Positions 18,656 through 28,325 of a stretch of 64,000 nucleotides of DNA are shown here, in pieces. The notes below the pieces were generated by a model, which was not told the origin of the DNA, did no database searches, and saw only the letters and a program-made list of their open reading frames with translations. The DNA is from Saccharospirillum sp. (GTDB lineage: Bacteria > Pseudomonadota > Gammaproteobacteria > Pseudomonadales > Natronospirillaceae). Each line of letters starts with the position of its first letter. The first letter of the stretch is position 1. The stretch spans positions 76,898 to 140,897 of the forward strand of contig NZ_JBDWXV010000003.1 in assembly GCF_039982735.1 (NCBI RefSeq), read 5' to 3'. The translations under genes and the position numbers were made by a program.

Positions 18656-19651
18656 ATGCGGAAAATTACGTTATCAAAGGCCGTCAACGAAGCACTGGCT
18701 GAAGAGATGCGCCACGACGAGACGGTCATCATTCTCGGCGAAGACGTGGCAGAAGCCGGTACGCCGTTCAAGGTTCTATCAGGCCTGGTCGAAGAGTTTG
18801 GTACGGAACGCGTTATTGATACCCCCATTTCCGAACCCGGCTTTATGGGTATTGGGGTAGGTGCCGCCATGACGGGGATGCGTCCGGTTGTCGATTTGAT
18901 GTTCGGTGACTTTATTTTTCTGATCATGGATCAGCTTTGCAACCAGGCCGCTAAAACTCACTACATGTCCGGTGGCAAACTGAGTGTCCCTCTGGTGCTG
19001 CGCACCAACATGGGGGCAACACGGCGCTCAGCGGCCCAGCATTCACAGTCGTTACACGCCATTGTTGCTCATATACCGGGCTTGAAAGTAGCGATGCCGT
19101 CTTCTGCGTATGAAGCCAAGGGCCTGCTGAAAACGGCCATTCGCGACAATAACCCGGTGGTCATTTTCGAAGACAAGCTGATGTATCAGGACTCAGCCGA
19201 AGTCCCTGAAGAGGAGTACAGCATTCCTTTCGGTGAAGCCTGCGTGAAACGCGAAGGCACAGACATCACCCTCATCGGCACCTCGTCGATGGTTCAGGTC
19301 TGTGAGAAAGCCGCTGAAATGCTTCAGGCGGTGGGCATCAGTGCCGAAGTCATCGACCCCCGCACCATAGTACCGCTCGATGAAAAAACCCTGGTTGAAT
19401 CGGCCAAGAAGACCGGTCGGGTCATCGTGGTTGACGAAGGTCACCAGAGCTTTGGTGTGACCTCTGAAATCGCCAGCCGGATCAATGAAAAAGCCTTTTA
19501 TCATCTGGATGCACCCACCACCCGAATCGGGGCGATGGATGTTCCGATTCCGTTCTCACCGGCCCTGGAGGACATTACTGTTCCGACACCGGAGCGGGTG
19601 TTCGAACAGGCCAAAAAGCTGGTCAGCGGGGAGCTAATCGATGCGGCATGA
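18656..19651 (+). CDS. TPP-dependent dehydrogenase E1 beta subunit (AcoB/PdhB-like)
   Basis: GEDVAEAG, DTPISE, QHSQSL, IPGLKV, GLLKTAIRDNNPV, EVIDPRT. Confidence 0.93.
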   Translation: MRKITLSKAVNEALAEEMRHDETVIILGEDVAEAGTPFKVLSGLVEEFGTERVIDTPISEPGFMGIGVGAAMTGMRPVVDLMFGDFIFLIMDQLCNQAAKTHYMSGGKLSVPLVLRTNMGATRRSAAQHSQSLHAIVAHIPGLKVAMPSSAYEAKGLLKTAIRDNNPVVIFEDKLMYQDSAEVPEEEYSIPFGEACVKREGTDITLIGTSSMVQVCEKAAEMLQAVGISAEVIDPRTIVPLDEKTLVESAKKTGRVIVVDEGHQSFGVTSEIASRINEKAFYHLDAPTTRIGAMDVPIPFSPALEDITVPTPERVFEQAKKLVSGELIDAA

Positions 19652-20954
19652 CATCATCATGCCCGCGTTGGGCATGGCACAGGATACCGGAACCCTGCTC
19701 GCCTGGCACAAATCGGAGGGTGAGGCGGTAACTCAGGGTGAAACCCTATTCGAGGTGGAAACCGACAAAACCACCATGGAAGTGGAGGCGCCGGCCAGCG
19801 GCTTCCTGGTTGGCATTACGGCCAGTGACGGGGATGAGGTACCGGTGGGCCAGGTCATCGCCATCATCAGCGATTCGGCCGACACACCGGCCAAGGAACC
19901 TGACGCTGGAACCGAGTCTGCCAAAGCGGACGCCCCCGCGCAGGCCCTGCCAGAAGGTAAGCCGGTTATCATGCCCGTGCTCGGCATGTCTCAGGACTCG
20001 GGCGTGCTGGTCGGGTGGAACAAGGAACCCGGTGACGCCGTCAAACAGGATGACATTTTGTTCGAAGTGGAAACGGACAAAAGTGTGGTTGAGGTGCCTG
20101 CTGGCCTGGATGGCTACCTGGCTGCCCGACTGGCGGCCGCTGGCGATGACGTACCCACGGGTGAAACCATCGCCATTATCAGTGAAGGAAAGGTCGCTGA
20201 CCCGGTTGACCGGGCTTATTCGCAATCGGCTACAACAACCGCCAGTACCGAAGAGCCGCCGGCCGAACAGGCGGCAACGCCCGCCGACACATCGCCTGCG
20301 CCCAAAAAGCCAGAAACCGCCAAGCGGCCTGCGCCTGCACCGGGTGATAAAATACTGGCCTCTCCCAAGTTGAAGCGCCTGGCCTACCAGGCTGGCTACG
20401 ACCTGGCGTTGCTCGCCGCCACGGGTCACCCCCAACCCTTTCATGCCAGCGACTTTACAGCGCTCAAAGACGCTAATACATCGGCACACAAACGCACAGG
20501 AACGGCCGTAACCCATGAAGCGGTTACCCGGCTGTCCGCACGGGTATCACCGGTTGAACTCGACGCCTTTCTTGGCTGGGCTTCCGACCATGTTGAAGCG
20601 GCCAACGACGCGAGTGTCATTGCTGCCTTTGCCGGGGCCAGCCTGGGCGATCATTCGACGGTGCGAATTCACAGGCGAGGCATCAGTGAAACCTATGCTG
20701 CACACACGCAATTGTCGAAAACCGTGGCCACGGAAGGCGAGCCTGACCTGATCGTACACGATCTGCGGGGAACCCTAATATCCTCGGCGGAACTCCCACC
20801 CGACTCGGCTCCTGTCATCTCTATTGTGGGCTCTGGCAATGAATTGATACTGACACTGACCAGTATTGATTCTCTGTTGGCCGGAAAAGACGCCGCCGTC
20901 GTACTCGACAACTTTGCCGGACGCATGGCAGATCCACTTCGGCACCTCTTCTAA
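19641..20954 (+). CDS. di-lipoyl carrier protein with PSBD and degenerate E2 core-like C-terminus
   Basis: Two lipoyl domains (EVETDKTTME, EVETDKSVVE), Ala/Pro linkers and PSBD (ILASPKLKRLA). The short C-terminal domain ends like an E2 (NFAGRMADPLRHL) but has no DHRxxxG. Confidence 0.8.
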   Translation: MRHDIIMPALGMAQDTGTLLAWHKSEGEAVTQGETLFEVETDKTTMEVEAPASGFLVGITASDGDEVPVGQVIAIISDSADTPAKEPDAGTESAKADAPAQALPEGKPVIMPVLGMSQDSGVLVGWNKEPGDAVKQDDILFEVETDKSVVEVPAGLDGYLAARLAAAGDDVPTGETIAIISEGKVADPVDRAYSQSATTTASTEEPPAEQAATPADTSPAPKKPETAKRPAPAPGDKILASPKLKRLAYQAGYDLALLAATGHPQPFHASDFTALKDANTSAHKRTGTAVTHEAVTRLSARVSPVELDAFLGWASDHVEAANDASVIAAFAGASLGDHSTVRIHRRGISETYAAHTQLSKTVATEGEPDLIVHDLRGTLISSAELPPDSAPVISIVGSGNELILTLTSIDSLLAGKDAAVVLDNFAGRMADPLRHLF

Positions 20955-20968
20955 AGAAAGGTATTGGT

Positions 20969-22426
20969 ATGTCACAACATAACGATTTCATCAAAACGGT
21001 TCCAACCGACCTTTATATCAATGGTCAGTTTGTTTCAGCGTCTGAAAATGGCCGCTTTGGCGTATTTAATCCGGCGACGGAAGAAGCGCTGGCATCCGTC
21101 GCATCAGCAGAAATTGCTGACGCCGATGCTGCCCTTGATGCCGCTGAAAAAGCCATGGTTGAGTGGGCAGCAAGAACACCGCGTGAACGCTCAGAAGTGC
21201 TTCGAAAAGCCTGGGAGTTGATTCAGGATCGGCTCGAAGAGTTCGCCTATCTGATCACACTGGAAAACGGCAAAGGTAAAACCGATGCCATGGGCGAAAT
21301 TCGCTATGCCGCCGAATTCTTTCGCTGGTTCGCGGAAGAAGCCGTTCGGGCAGACGGCCTGATTGCCCATGCACCGGCTTCCGGCGCAAGAATCATCGTG
21401 CAACACAAGCCCGCGGGCTTAGCTGTGCTGGTCACACCCTGGAATTACCCGGCCGCGATGGGCACCCGGAAAATTGCGCCTGCGCTGGCCGCCGGCTGCG
21501 GTGTCATTATCAAACCCGCCGCTGAAACACCGCTGACGATGCTGGCACTGATGCCATTGCTTGAAGAGGCGGGTGTACCGGCGGGTCTGGTAAACGTCTT
21601 GCCCACCAGTAAGCCAGCCGAGGTTGTCGATCATATGATGCACGACCCTCGCGTTCGTGTTGTGTCTTTCACAGGCTCAACAGCGGTTGGTCGCAAGCTG
21701 CTCAAATCAGCGGCGGATCAGGTACTCACGCCCGCAATGGAGCTTGGTGGCAATGCCCCTGTCATCGTATTCGAAGATGCCGATATGGATACCGCCATTG
21801 AAGGCGTGATGCTCGCCAAAATGCGCAACCTGGGTGAAGCCTGTACAGCTGCCAACCGGGTTTACGTGCATAAAGATGTGGCTGACGAATTCACCAAACG
21901 CCTGACGCAAACAATGTCGGCGTTAAAGATCGGTAATGGTGCAGACCCGGATGTTGACGTAGGTGCACTGGTTAATCTGGATACGCTTGAAAAGGTGGTG
22001 GGCTTTGTCAACGATGCGGTCGCGAAAGGCGCCAAAGTAGAATGTGGCGGACAGCGGCTACCAGGAAAAGGCTTTTTCTTTCCGCCAACGGTGCTCTCCA
22101 ATGTGCCGGAAAACGCTGACTGTGTGCACGATGAAATATTTGGGCCGGTCGTTGCCATTCAAACATTCGAAGATCAGGACGACGTGATTCGCCGGGCAAA
22201 CGATACCGAGTATGGCCTTGTGGCCTACGTTTTTTCCGAAAACATGAAGCGTGCCATGCAAGTATGCGAACGGCTGGACTACGGCATGGTCGGCCTGAAC
22301 CGTGGCCTTGTCAGCGACCCGGCTGCTCCGTTTGGTGGCAGTAAACAATCCGGCCTTGGTCGTGAGGGCGGTCATGAAGGCATGCTGGAATTCATGGAAA
22401 CCCAGTACATCTCGGCAACCTGGTAA
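20969..22426 (+). CDS. NAD(P)-dependent aldehyde dehydrogenase, succinate-semialdehyde dehydrogenase (GabD) type
   Basis: TPWNYP, KPAAETP, SFTGST, MELGGNAP, GEACTAAN, DEIFGPV, PFGGSKQSG. Confidence 0.92.
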   Translation: MSQHNDFIKTVPTDLYINGQFVSASENGRFGVFNPATEEALASVASAEIADADAALDAAEKAMVEWAARTPRERSEVLRKAWELIQDRLEEFAYLITLENGKGKTDAMGEIRYAAEFFRWFAEEAVRADGLIAHAPASGARIIVQHKPAGLAVLVTPWNYPAAMGTRKIAPALAAGCGVIIKPAAETPLTMLALMPLLEEAGVPAGLVNVLPTSKPAEVVDHMMHDPRVRVVSFTGSTAVGRKLLKSAADQVLTPAMELGGNAPVIVFEDADMDTAIEGVMLAKMRNLGEACTAANRVYVHKDVADEFTKRLTQTMSALKIGNGADPDVDVGALVNLDTLEKVVGFVNDAVAKGAKVECGGQRLPGKGFFFPPTVLSNVPENADCVHDEIFGPVVAIQTFEDQDDVIRRANDTEYGLVAYVFSENMKRAMQVCERLDYGMVGLNRGLVSDPAAPFGGSKQSGLGREGGHEGMLEFMETQYISATW

Positions 22427-22443
22427 AGAGAGAGGATGTTCGC

Positions 22444-23325
22444 ATGCACACTGTTGTTGCATCACCAAGCGTTCGAGCGCAAGCGCGTCGCTTATCGATC
22501 GATCTTCAAGCTCTGGCCGACCGACTGGGCAGAACCCAACTTACCATGGATGACCTCAACGGCCATCAGACACCGGAGCAGCCTGTGAACGGTTATAGCA
22601 GCTATTGGAACGTGGATCACCGTCAATTCGGACCGGTTGACGAGCAAAAGACCAGCAAAATCGACCGGGTTGCCGCTGCGAATTTGACCGCTGCCAATGC
22701 GGTGATTCCCCAGGTCACTCATCACGATGAGGTGGATGTCAGTGAAATCGAACGCCTACGCGCTCAGTATCGCAGTGAATCCTCCGCACGAGGGGTGAAA
22801 CTGACGACACTGCCTTTCTTCGTGAAGGCATTGGCCGTTTCATTGAAAAAGTTTCCAAAGTTCAATGCGTCCCTGAGTTCAGACGGTGACATCCTCCATA
22901 TGAAGAACTACGTTCATATCGGCATTGCAGTGGATACCGAACACGGACTGATGGTCCCGGTTATTCGGGATGCTGACAAAAAAGGCTTGTGGCAGATTGC
23001 GGCAGAGATCGTCGATCTGGCAACCCGCGCCAAGTCGAGAAAGCTGGGCCCGGATGAAATGGGGGGTGCCTCCATGACGATCACCAATCTTGGGGGAATA
23101 GGCGGTACTGGTTTCAGCCCAATCGTAAACCCGCCAGAGGTTGCGATTCTGGGTATTACCCGTATGCAGCAACAACCGGTATGGAATGGCGAAGCCTTCG
23201 TTGCAACACCGATAGTGCCACTGGACTTGAGTTATGATCATCGCGTCATTAACGGTGCCGTTGCCGCCCGTTTTCTCAATGACTATGCACGCAGCCTGGC
23301 GGACCCTCGTTTACTGTTGATATGA
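22444..23325 (+). CDS. E2 dihydrolipoamide acyltransferase catalytic subunit without lipoyl domains
   Basis: PSBD-like N-terminus (VASPSVRAQARRL), IGIAVDTEHGLMVPVI, ITNLGGIGG, PIVNPPEVAILG, LSYDHRVINGA. Confidence 0.9.
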   Translation: MHTVVASPSVRAQARRLSIDLQALADRLGRTQLTMDDLNGHQTPEQPVNGYSSYWNVDHRQFGPVDEQKTSKIDRVAAANLTAANAVIPQVTHHDEVDVSEIERLRAQYRSESSARGVKLTTLPFFVKALAVSLKKFPKFNASLSSDGDILHMKNYVHIGIAVDTEHGLMVPVIRDADKKGLWQIAAEIVDLATRAKSRKLGPDEMGGASMTITNLGGIGGTGFSPIVNPPEVAILGITRMQQQPVWNGEAFVATPIVPLDLSYDHRVINGAVAARFLNDYARSLADPRLLLI

Positions 23326-23407
23326 AGGGGGTCACCCTTTCGTATACGGTGAGTCAGTGCTGCCTGCTCGGGCGCGCTGTCACCATAACGTGTCCTCGCT
23401 GCAAACG

Positions 23408-23818
23408 TCAGGGCGCCTCGTTTTCACTGCCCGAGCGAAGCCGAAAGGTCCCTTCGCCAAAGGCGATCAGAGTACCGTCGGCATCGAACACCTCGCCACT
23501 GGACATAAAGGTTTTGCGACCACCACCACGCACCCGGCCAACGACAGTCAACATTCTTGACTGTACCGGGCTCACAAAGGTCGTGGTCATCGACAGCGTT
23601 ACCGCCTTTCGTATCCAGTTCGGATCGGGGCTGTATAGCCCCGCAAAGCTCATGGCGGTATCCAGAAGCGATGCCAGAACACCCCCGTGAACGTAATCAC
23701 TGCGGTTCAGGTGGTGCGCCTCAAGCTGCAGTTCAAGGGTTACGGTGCCGGGCTGCCGCTCTTTGACCACCCAGCCTATGAGTGCCTGATAGCCTGAGTA
23801 CGGTTGTTCATCTGTCAT
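23408..23818 (-). CDS. PaaI-family hotdog thioesterase
   Basis: NRSDYVHGGVLASLLDTA motif, RGGGRKTFM; 136 aa. Confidence 0.88.
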   Translation of the reverse strand: MTDEQPYSGYQALIGWVVKERQPGTVTLELQLEAHHLNRSDYVHGGVLASLLDTAMSFAGLYSPDPNWIRKAVTLSMTTTFVSPVQSRMLTVVGRVRGGGRKTFMSSGEVFDADGTLIAFGEGTFRLRSGSENEAP

Positions 23819-25423
23819 TCACTGCTCACCCTTATTGGCCAGATCACGCAGCCGGCCTTTCAGAATTTTACCGGTAGCGGTCGCCGGCAATTGCTCCATG
23901 ATGGTAATTTCACTGGGCCGTTTGTAGGGCGCCAGCTGATCGGTGATGAAGTCTTGCAGTTCCGCACCGCTCACGATAGACCCTGGGTCACACTGTACGT
24001 AAGCCACCACTTCTTCATTGCCCGACACTTGCCTGCCAACCACCGCCGACATGATGACCGACGGGTGTCGATTGAGCGCGGCTTCTACATCGGGCGGGTA
24101 AATATTGAAGCCTGAACGGATGATCAGCTCCTTGCTGCGGCTGACGATGTACAGCTGGCCTTCCCCATCAACCCTGGCGATGTCACCGGTATTCAGCCAA
24201 CCGTCAGCGGTCAGACACCCCGCCGTTACCTCCGGCTGCCGATAGTAGCCCAGCATGATATTCGGGCCCCGTACCCACAGTTCGCCGGGTTCGACATCAC
24301 TGGCTGGCTGGTTAGGCGCAGCCGCAGTGTCCAGAGGCTGTAGCCGGTATTCAAGCATGGGCAATACGGCGCCTACGGTGTTGTCTTCTGGCTGCTGATC
24401 GATCCGGGTCTGGCTGATGGTCGGGCTGGCTTCGGTGAGCCCGTAGCCGTTGTGCAAGGTCAGGTTGAATACCGCTTCCACCCGCTGCTTTGTTTCCAGG
24501 TCCAGCGGCGAACCGCCGGCGGACATATAGACCAGTGAGTCTTTGTTCAGTGGTTGCTTGCGGGTACGCAGGTGTTCGAGCATTTTCGCGTACATGGCCG
24601 GAACGCCTTGCAACACCGTGATCGATTCCTGATCGAGCGCTTCAAAAACGGCTTCAGGCGTGAACCTGGGTACGGCATACAGGCAAGCTCCGTTGTAGAG
24701 TGAGCCCATGCACACCGACGACAAACCAAACACATGGGACATCGGCAATACGCCATACACCCGCTGACCTTCCGTCAGGTGTCGCATCCCCCCGGAAATG
24801 GAGGCAATGTAGAGAATGCCACGATGGCTGAGCATCACGCCTTTTGGGCGACCCGTAGTACCGGAGGTGTAAATCAGAGCGGCCAACTGACGATGCCCTT
24901 CCGGATACACCGGGTCGGGTTGTACGTCCTGAACCGCACTGATCATGAGCTCACCCAGGCTTGGGTGCCTGTAAGGTTCTGCCTTATGCCGCTGACCGTG
25001 GTTCGCAGCCTCGGTGGATACCCCTGAGGTGAAGTAGATACGCTTGGGCAAACAGTCGTCAGCAATGGCGTCAACCTCGCTGGCTGACAAGCGCGGATTG
25101 ACGATGGCAACGCTGGCATCAAGCTCGGTTGCGGCCAGTAACAGCACCACCAGTGCCCGACAGTTTTCGCTGACCACCATAATGCGATCACCCGGTTTAA
25201 CCTGCTGTTCCGTCAACCAGGTTTTCGCCGTCACAATCTTGGCCGACAATTGCCGATAGTTCCAGCGAACCGACCCTTCCACCAGGGCGGGCTGCTCGGG
25301 TATGCGTTTCGCGTTGTCGTGAATACGAGTACTGAGCCGATCCGGCAATTCGGCCACGAGGTCGCTAGCCCAGCGACCGAAAATCAATTCATCCGGTGCC
25401 TGACGGGGAGTCGACCAGTCCAT
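23819..25423 (-). CDS. AMP-dependent acyl-CoA synthetase
   Basis: YTSGTTGRPKG, NGYGLTE, GWLNTGD, SKELIIRSG, TGKILK. Confidence 0.93.
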   Translation of the reverse strand: MDWSTPRQAPDELIFGRWASDLVAELPDRLSTRIHDNAKRIPEQPALVEGSVRWNYRQLSAKIVTAKTWLTEQQVKPGDRIMVVSENCRALVVLLLAATELDASVAIVNPRLSASEVDAIADDCLPKRIYFTSGVSTEAANHGQRHKAEPYRHPSLGELMISAVQDVQPDPVYPEGHRQLAALIYTSGTTGRPKGVMLSHRGILYIASISGGMRHLTEGQRVYGVLPMSHVFGLSSVCMGSLYNGACLYAVPRFTPEAVFEALDQESITVLQGVPAMYAKMLEHLRTRKQPLNKDSLVYMSAGGSPLDLETKQRVEAVFNLTLHNGYGLTEASPTISQTRIDQQPEDNTVGAVLPMLEYRLQPLDTAAAPNQPASDVEPGELWVRGPNIMLGYYRQPEVTAGCLTADGWLNTGDIARVDGEGQLYIVSRSKELIIRSGFNIYPPDVEAALNRHPSVIMSAVVGRQVSGNEEVVAYVQCDPGSIVSGAELQDFITDQLAPYKRPSEITIMEQLPATATGKILKGRLRDLANKGEQ

Positions 25424-26574
25424 CAGCTGGCATCCCGCACCATGTTTCTGGCAATCACCAATTGCTGGATCTGACTGGTGCCTTCATAGATGCGGAACAA
25501 GCGAACGTCCCGGTAGAAGCGTTCGACCGCGTATTCGGCCATGTAACCGGCGCCGCCGTGAATCTGGACGGCCCGGTCTGCCACCCGGCCGACCATCTCC
25601 GAGCAGAACAATTTGCTGCAGGAGGCCAGGGTCGAGACGTTTTCGCCGGCGTCTTTGCGGCGGGCGCCATCGAGCACCATGCATTCGGCGGCGTAAGTTT
25701 CGGTTTTGCTGTCAGACAGCATCGCCTGTACCAGTTGCTGATCGGACAGGGGCACACCGAATTGCTTGCGCTCCATGGCATACCGCAGCGACTCGTCGAT
25801 CAGGCGATTCGCCACGCCAACACACACCGCGGCAATGTGCAGTCGGCCACGGTCGAGCACTTTCATCGCCGTCTTAAAGCCCTGCCCTTCTTTGAGACCA
25901 ATGATGTTGGCCGCCGGTACCCGACAGTCCTCAAAAATGATGTCGCAGGTATGAGAACCTTTCTGCCCCATTTTTTTGTCGATCGCCCCGCGGGATAAAC
26001 CCGGGGTATTGCCTTCGACCACAAAGGCCGTAATGCCGCCTGCGCCTTTATTCGACGGGTCGGTCCGTGCCATAACGGTGAACAGATCCGCTTCAGGGCC
26101 GTTGGTAATGTAGCGTTTGGTGCCATTCAACACATAGTGATCACCATCGCGTATTGCCGTGGTTCTCAGGCTGGCCGCATCTGAACCGGAATCGGGTTCG
26201 GTCAGACAAAACGCACTGATGATCTCGCCAGTCGCCATTCGAGGGACGTAATAGTCTTTTTGTTCATCGGTGCCATCAATCAGAATGCCCTGGGCACCAA
26301 TGCCGTTATTGGTGCCGAAAATGGAACGAAAGGCGGGCGATGTCTGCCCGATCTCCATCGCGACCCGGACTTCCTCTTCCATGGTCAGACCCAGACCGCC
26401 GTAGGCTTCCGGAATGGCCAGCCCAAACAGGCCGATGTCTTTCATTTCCTGAACGATGTCTGCCGGTACCTGATCGGTTTCAGCCAGCACGGCTTCATTG
26501 GGAATCAGTCGCTCACGCACAAACTTTCGCAGCGTACCCAGTATTTGGTCCAGTGTTTCCTGATCTCTGATCAT
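25423..26574 (-). CDS. acyl-CoA dehydrogenase
   Basis: FCLTEPDSGSDA, LNGTKRYITNG, KMGQKGS, AVQIHGGAGY, RIYEGTSQIQ. Confidence 0.95.
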   Translation of the reverse strand: MIRDQETLDQILGTLRKFVRERLIPNEAVLAETDQVPADIVQEMKDIGLFGLAIPEAYGGLGLTMEEEVRVAMEIGQTSPAFRSIFGTNNGIGAQGILIDGTDEQKDYYVPRMATGEIISAFCLTEPDSGSDAASLRTTAIRDGDHYVLNGTKRYITNGPEADLFTVMARTDPSNKGAGGITAFVVEGNTPGLSRGAIDKKMGQKGSHTCDIIFEDCRVPAANIIGLKEGQGFKTAMKVLDRGRLHIAAVCVGVANRLIDESLRYAMERKQFGVPLSDQQLVQAMLSDSKTETYAAECMVLDGARRKDAGENVSTLASCSKLFCSEMVGRVADRAVQIHGGAGYMAEYAVERFYRDVRLFRIYEGTSQIQQLVIARNMVRDAS

Positions 26575-26604
26575 GGTTGATCGTCTCCGCGTGCTATTTT
26601 TGTT

Positions 26605-26621
26605 ATTCCGCTATGCGGTAT
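26605..26621. promoter_or_regulatory. putative IclR operator in divergent promoter
   Basis: ATTCCGC-TAT-GCGGTAT (one mismatch from perfect). Related half-sites occur at 33853-33869 and 33949-33965. Confidence 0.45.
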
Positions 26622-26759
26622 CTTCTTCCGCATATATTGCGCCAAACTTTTACATAGCCTAGGATGTCAGTCAATCATTAGAATCCAGTTTTTCAGAGCG
26701 GAACCCATCCACCGGGTCCGCCATAACAATAAAACGCATAGGTCACAGGAAATTCCATT

Positions 26760-28301
26760 ATGTCGAGTGAACACCCTACTTCGACGCCAGCGTCACTGAC
26801 GGTCAAACGTCTGGGCATCGTCGGTACCGGCGCCATGGGTCGGGGCATTGCCCAAATTGCCGCTGAAGCGGGGCTTGAGGTCATCTTGTACGATCAAAAT
26901 GCCCGGGCGACGACCGCCGCAATCGACTTCGTCTCGGGCCTCTGGCAGAAGAAAGTCAGTAAGAACAAGCTGACCGAGGCAGACCACGACCGACTGCTGG
27001 CCCACCTGATACCCGGAGCCGAGCTTGCCAATCTGGCCGATTGCGACGTCATCATCGAGGCCATTGTTGAAAAGGTAGAGGTCAAACAAAGCCTGTTTTC
27101 AGAGCTGGAAGGCCTGGTCGGCGACGACACCATTCTGGCAACCAACACCTCATCGCTGTCGGTGACCGACATCGCCTCTGGCTGCAAGCGGCCGGAACAG
27201 GTGATCGGGTTTCATTTCTTCAACCCGGTGCCGCTGATGAAGATCGTCGAAGTGATTCCGGGCATCAAAACCGCACCTGAAGTCACCGGGCGCATGACAG
27301 CGCTCGGGCAGCAGCTTGGACATTTCACCGCACACACCACCGACACACCGGGGTTTCTCGTGAACCATGCTGGCCGCGCCTTCGGCACCGAAGCCTTGCG
27401 GATACTGTCAGAAGGCAGCGCCAGCTGTGCCGACATCGACCGCATCATGACCGACCAGGGCGGGTTCAGAATGGGCCCTTTTACCCTGATGGATCTCACC
27501 GGGCTCGATGTTTCCAGTGCCGTTATGGAATCCATTTACCACCAGTACTATCAGGAACCCCGGTATCGACCAGCGCAATTGATACGCCCGCGTGTCAGTG
27601 CCGGGCTGCTGGGTCGAAAGACGAGCGCGGGCTTCTACGCCTACGAAAATGGGCAGCAAGTGATGCCCGACGAACCCCCCATCGAGCGCACCCCGCCCTG
27701 CCCGGTCTGGATCAGCTCCGAGGATGAACCCAGCCATGCCCTGCTAACATCGCTGGTCGAAACGGCTGGCTGGCCCCTGGCCGATACAGCTCAGGACCCT
27801 CAGGCACTGTGCCTGATAACACCCTGGGGTGAAGACATCACCGGCTGCGCCCTGCGGCAAGGGCTGCCACCGGCACGTACCCTGGGTATCGACATGCTGG
27901 CGGGTCTCGATAAACGCCGCAGCGTCATGACCAGCCCGGCTACGGAACCTGGTTTCACCCGGGCCGCCACGACGCTGCTCAGTGAGGATGGCAGCGCCAT
28001 CACCCGCCTGAAAGACAGCCAGGGGTTCGTGTTGCAACGCATCATCGCTTGCATCGTCAACATCGGCTGCGATATGGCGCAGCAGGGCATTGCAGAACCC
28101 GCCACCATCAACCGGGCCGTAGAACTGGGCCTGGGCTACCCCAAAGGCCCCCTGGCCTTGGGCGACCACTTCGGCCCGGGCCTCATTCTCGAGATATTGA
28201 ACAACCTGTTGAACGTCACCGGTGATCCGCGTTACCGCCCCAGCCCCTGGCTGCGCCGCCGGGCCTTGCTTGGCCTGCCGCTGACGACTGAAGAACGCTA
28301 A
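26760..28301 (+). CDS. 3-hydroxyacyl-CoA dehydrogenase (PaaH-like, duplicated C-domain)
   Basis: GTGAMGRGIA, IEAIVEK, ATNTSSL, GFHFFNP, PGFLVN, GFRMGPF, LGYPKGP. Confidence 0.93.
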   Translation: MSSEHPTSTPASLTVKRLGIVGTGAMGRGIAQIAAEAGLEVILYDQNARATTAAIDFVSGLWQKKVSKNKLTEADHDRLLAHLIPGAELANLADCDVIIEAIVEKVEVKQSLFSELEGLVGDDTILATNTSSLSVTDIASGCKRPEQVIGFHFFNPVPLMKIVEVIPGIKTAPEVTGRMTALGQQLGHFTAHTTDTPGFLVNHAGRAFGTEALRILSEGSASCADIDRIMTDQGGFRMGPFTLMDLTGLDVSSAVMESIYHQYYQEPRYRPAQLIRPRVSAGLLGRKTSAGFYAYENGQQVMPDEPPIERTPPCPVWISSEDEPSHALLTSLVETAGWPLADTAQDPQALCLITPWGEDITGCALRQGLPPARTLGIDMLAGLDKRRSVMTSPATEPGFTRAATTLLSEDGSAITRLKDSQGFVLQRIIACIVNIGCDMAQQGIAEPATINRAVELGLGYPKGPLALGDHFGPGLILEILNNLLNVTGDPRYRPSPWLRRRALLGLPLTTEER

Positions 28302-28325
28302 TCGCCCTACTGACCGAGGTACATT

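Noticed and set aside
17644-19651. Calling the E1 pair the housekeeping pyruvate dehydrogenase or assigning acoA/acoB symbols
   Set aside because: The context (sugar ABC, split E2, no lpd) argues for a specialised substrate, which cannot be fixed from sequence.
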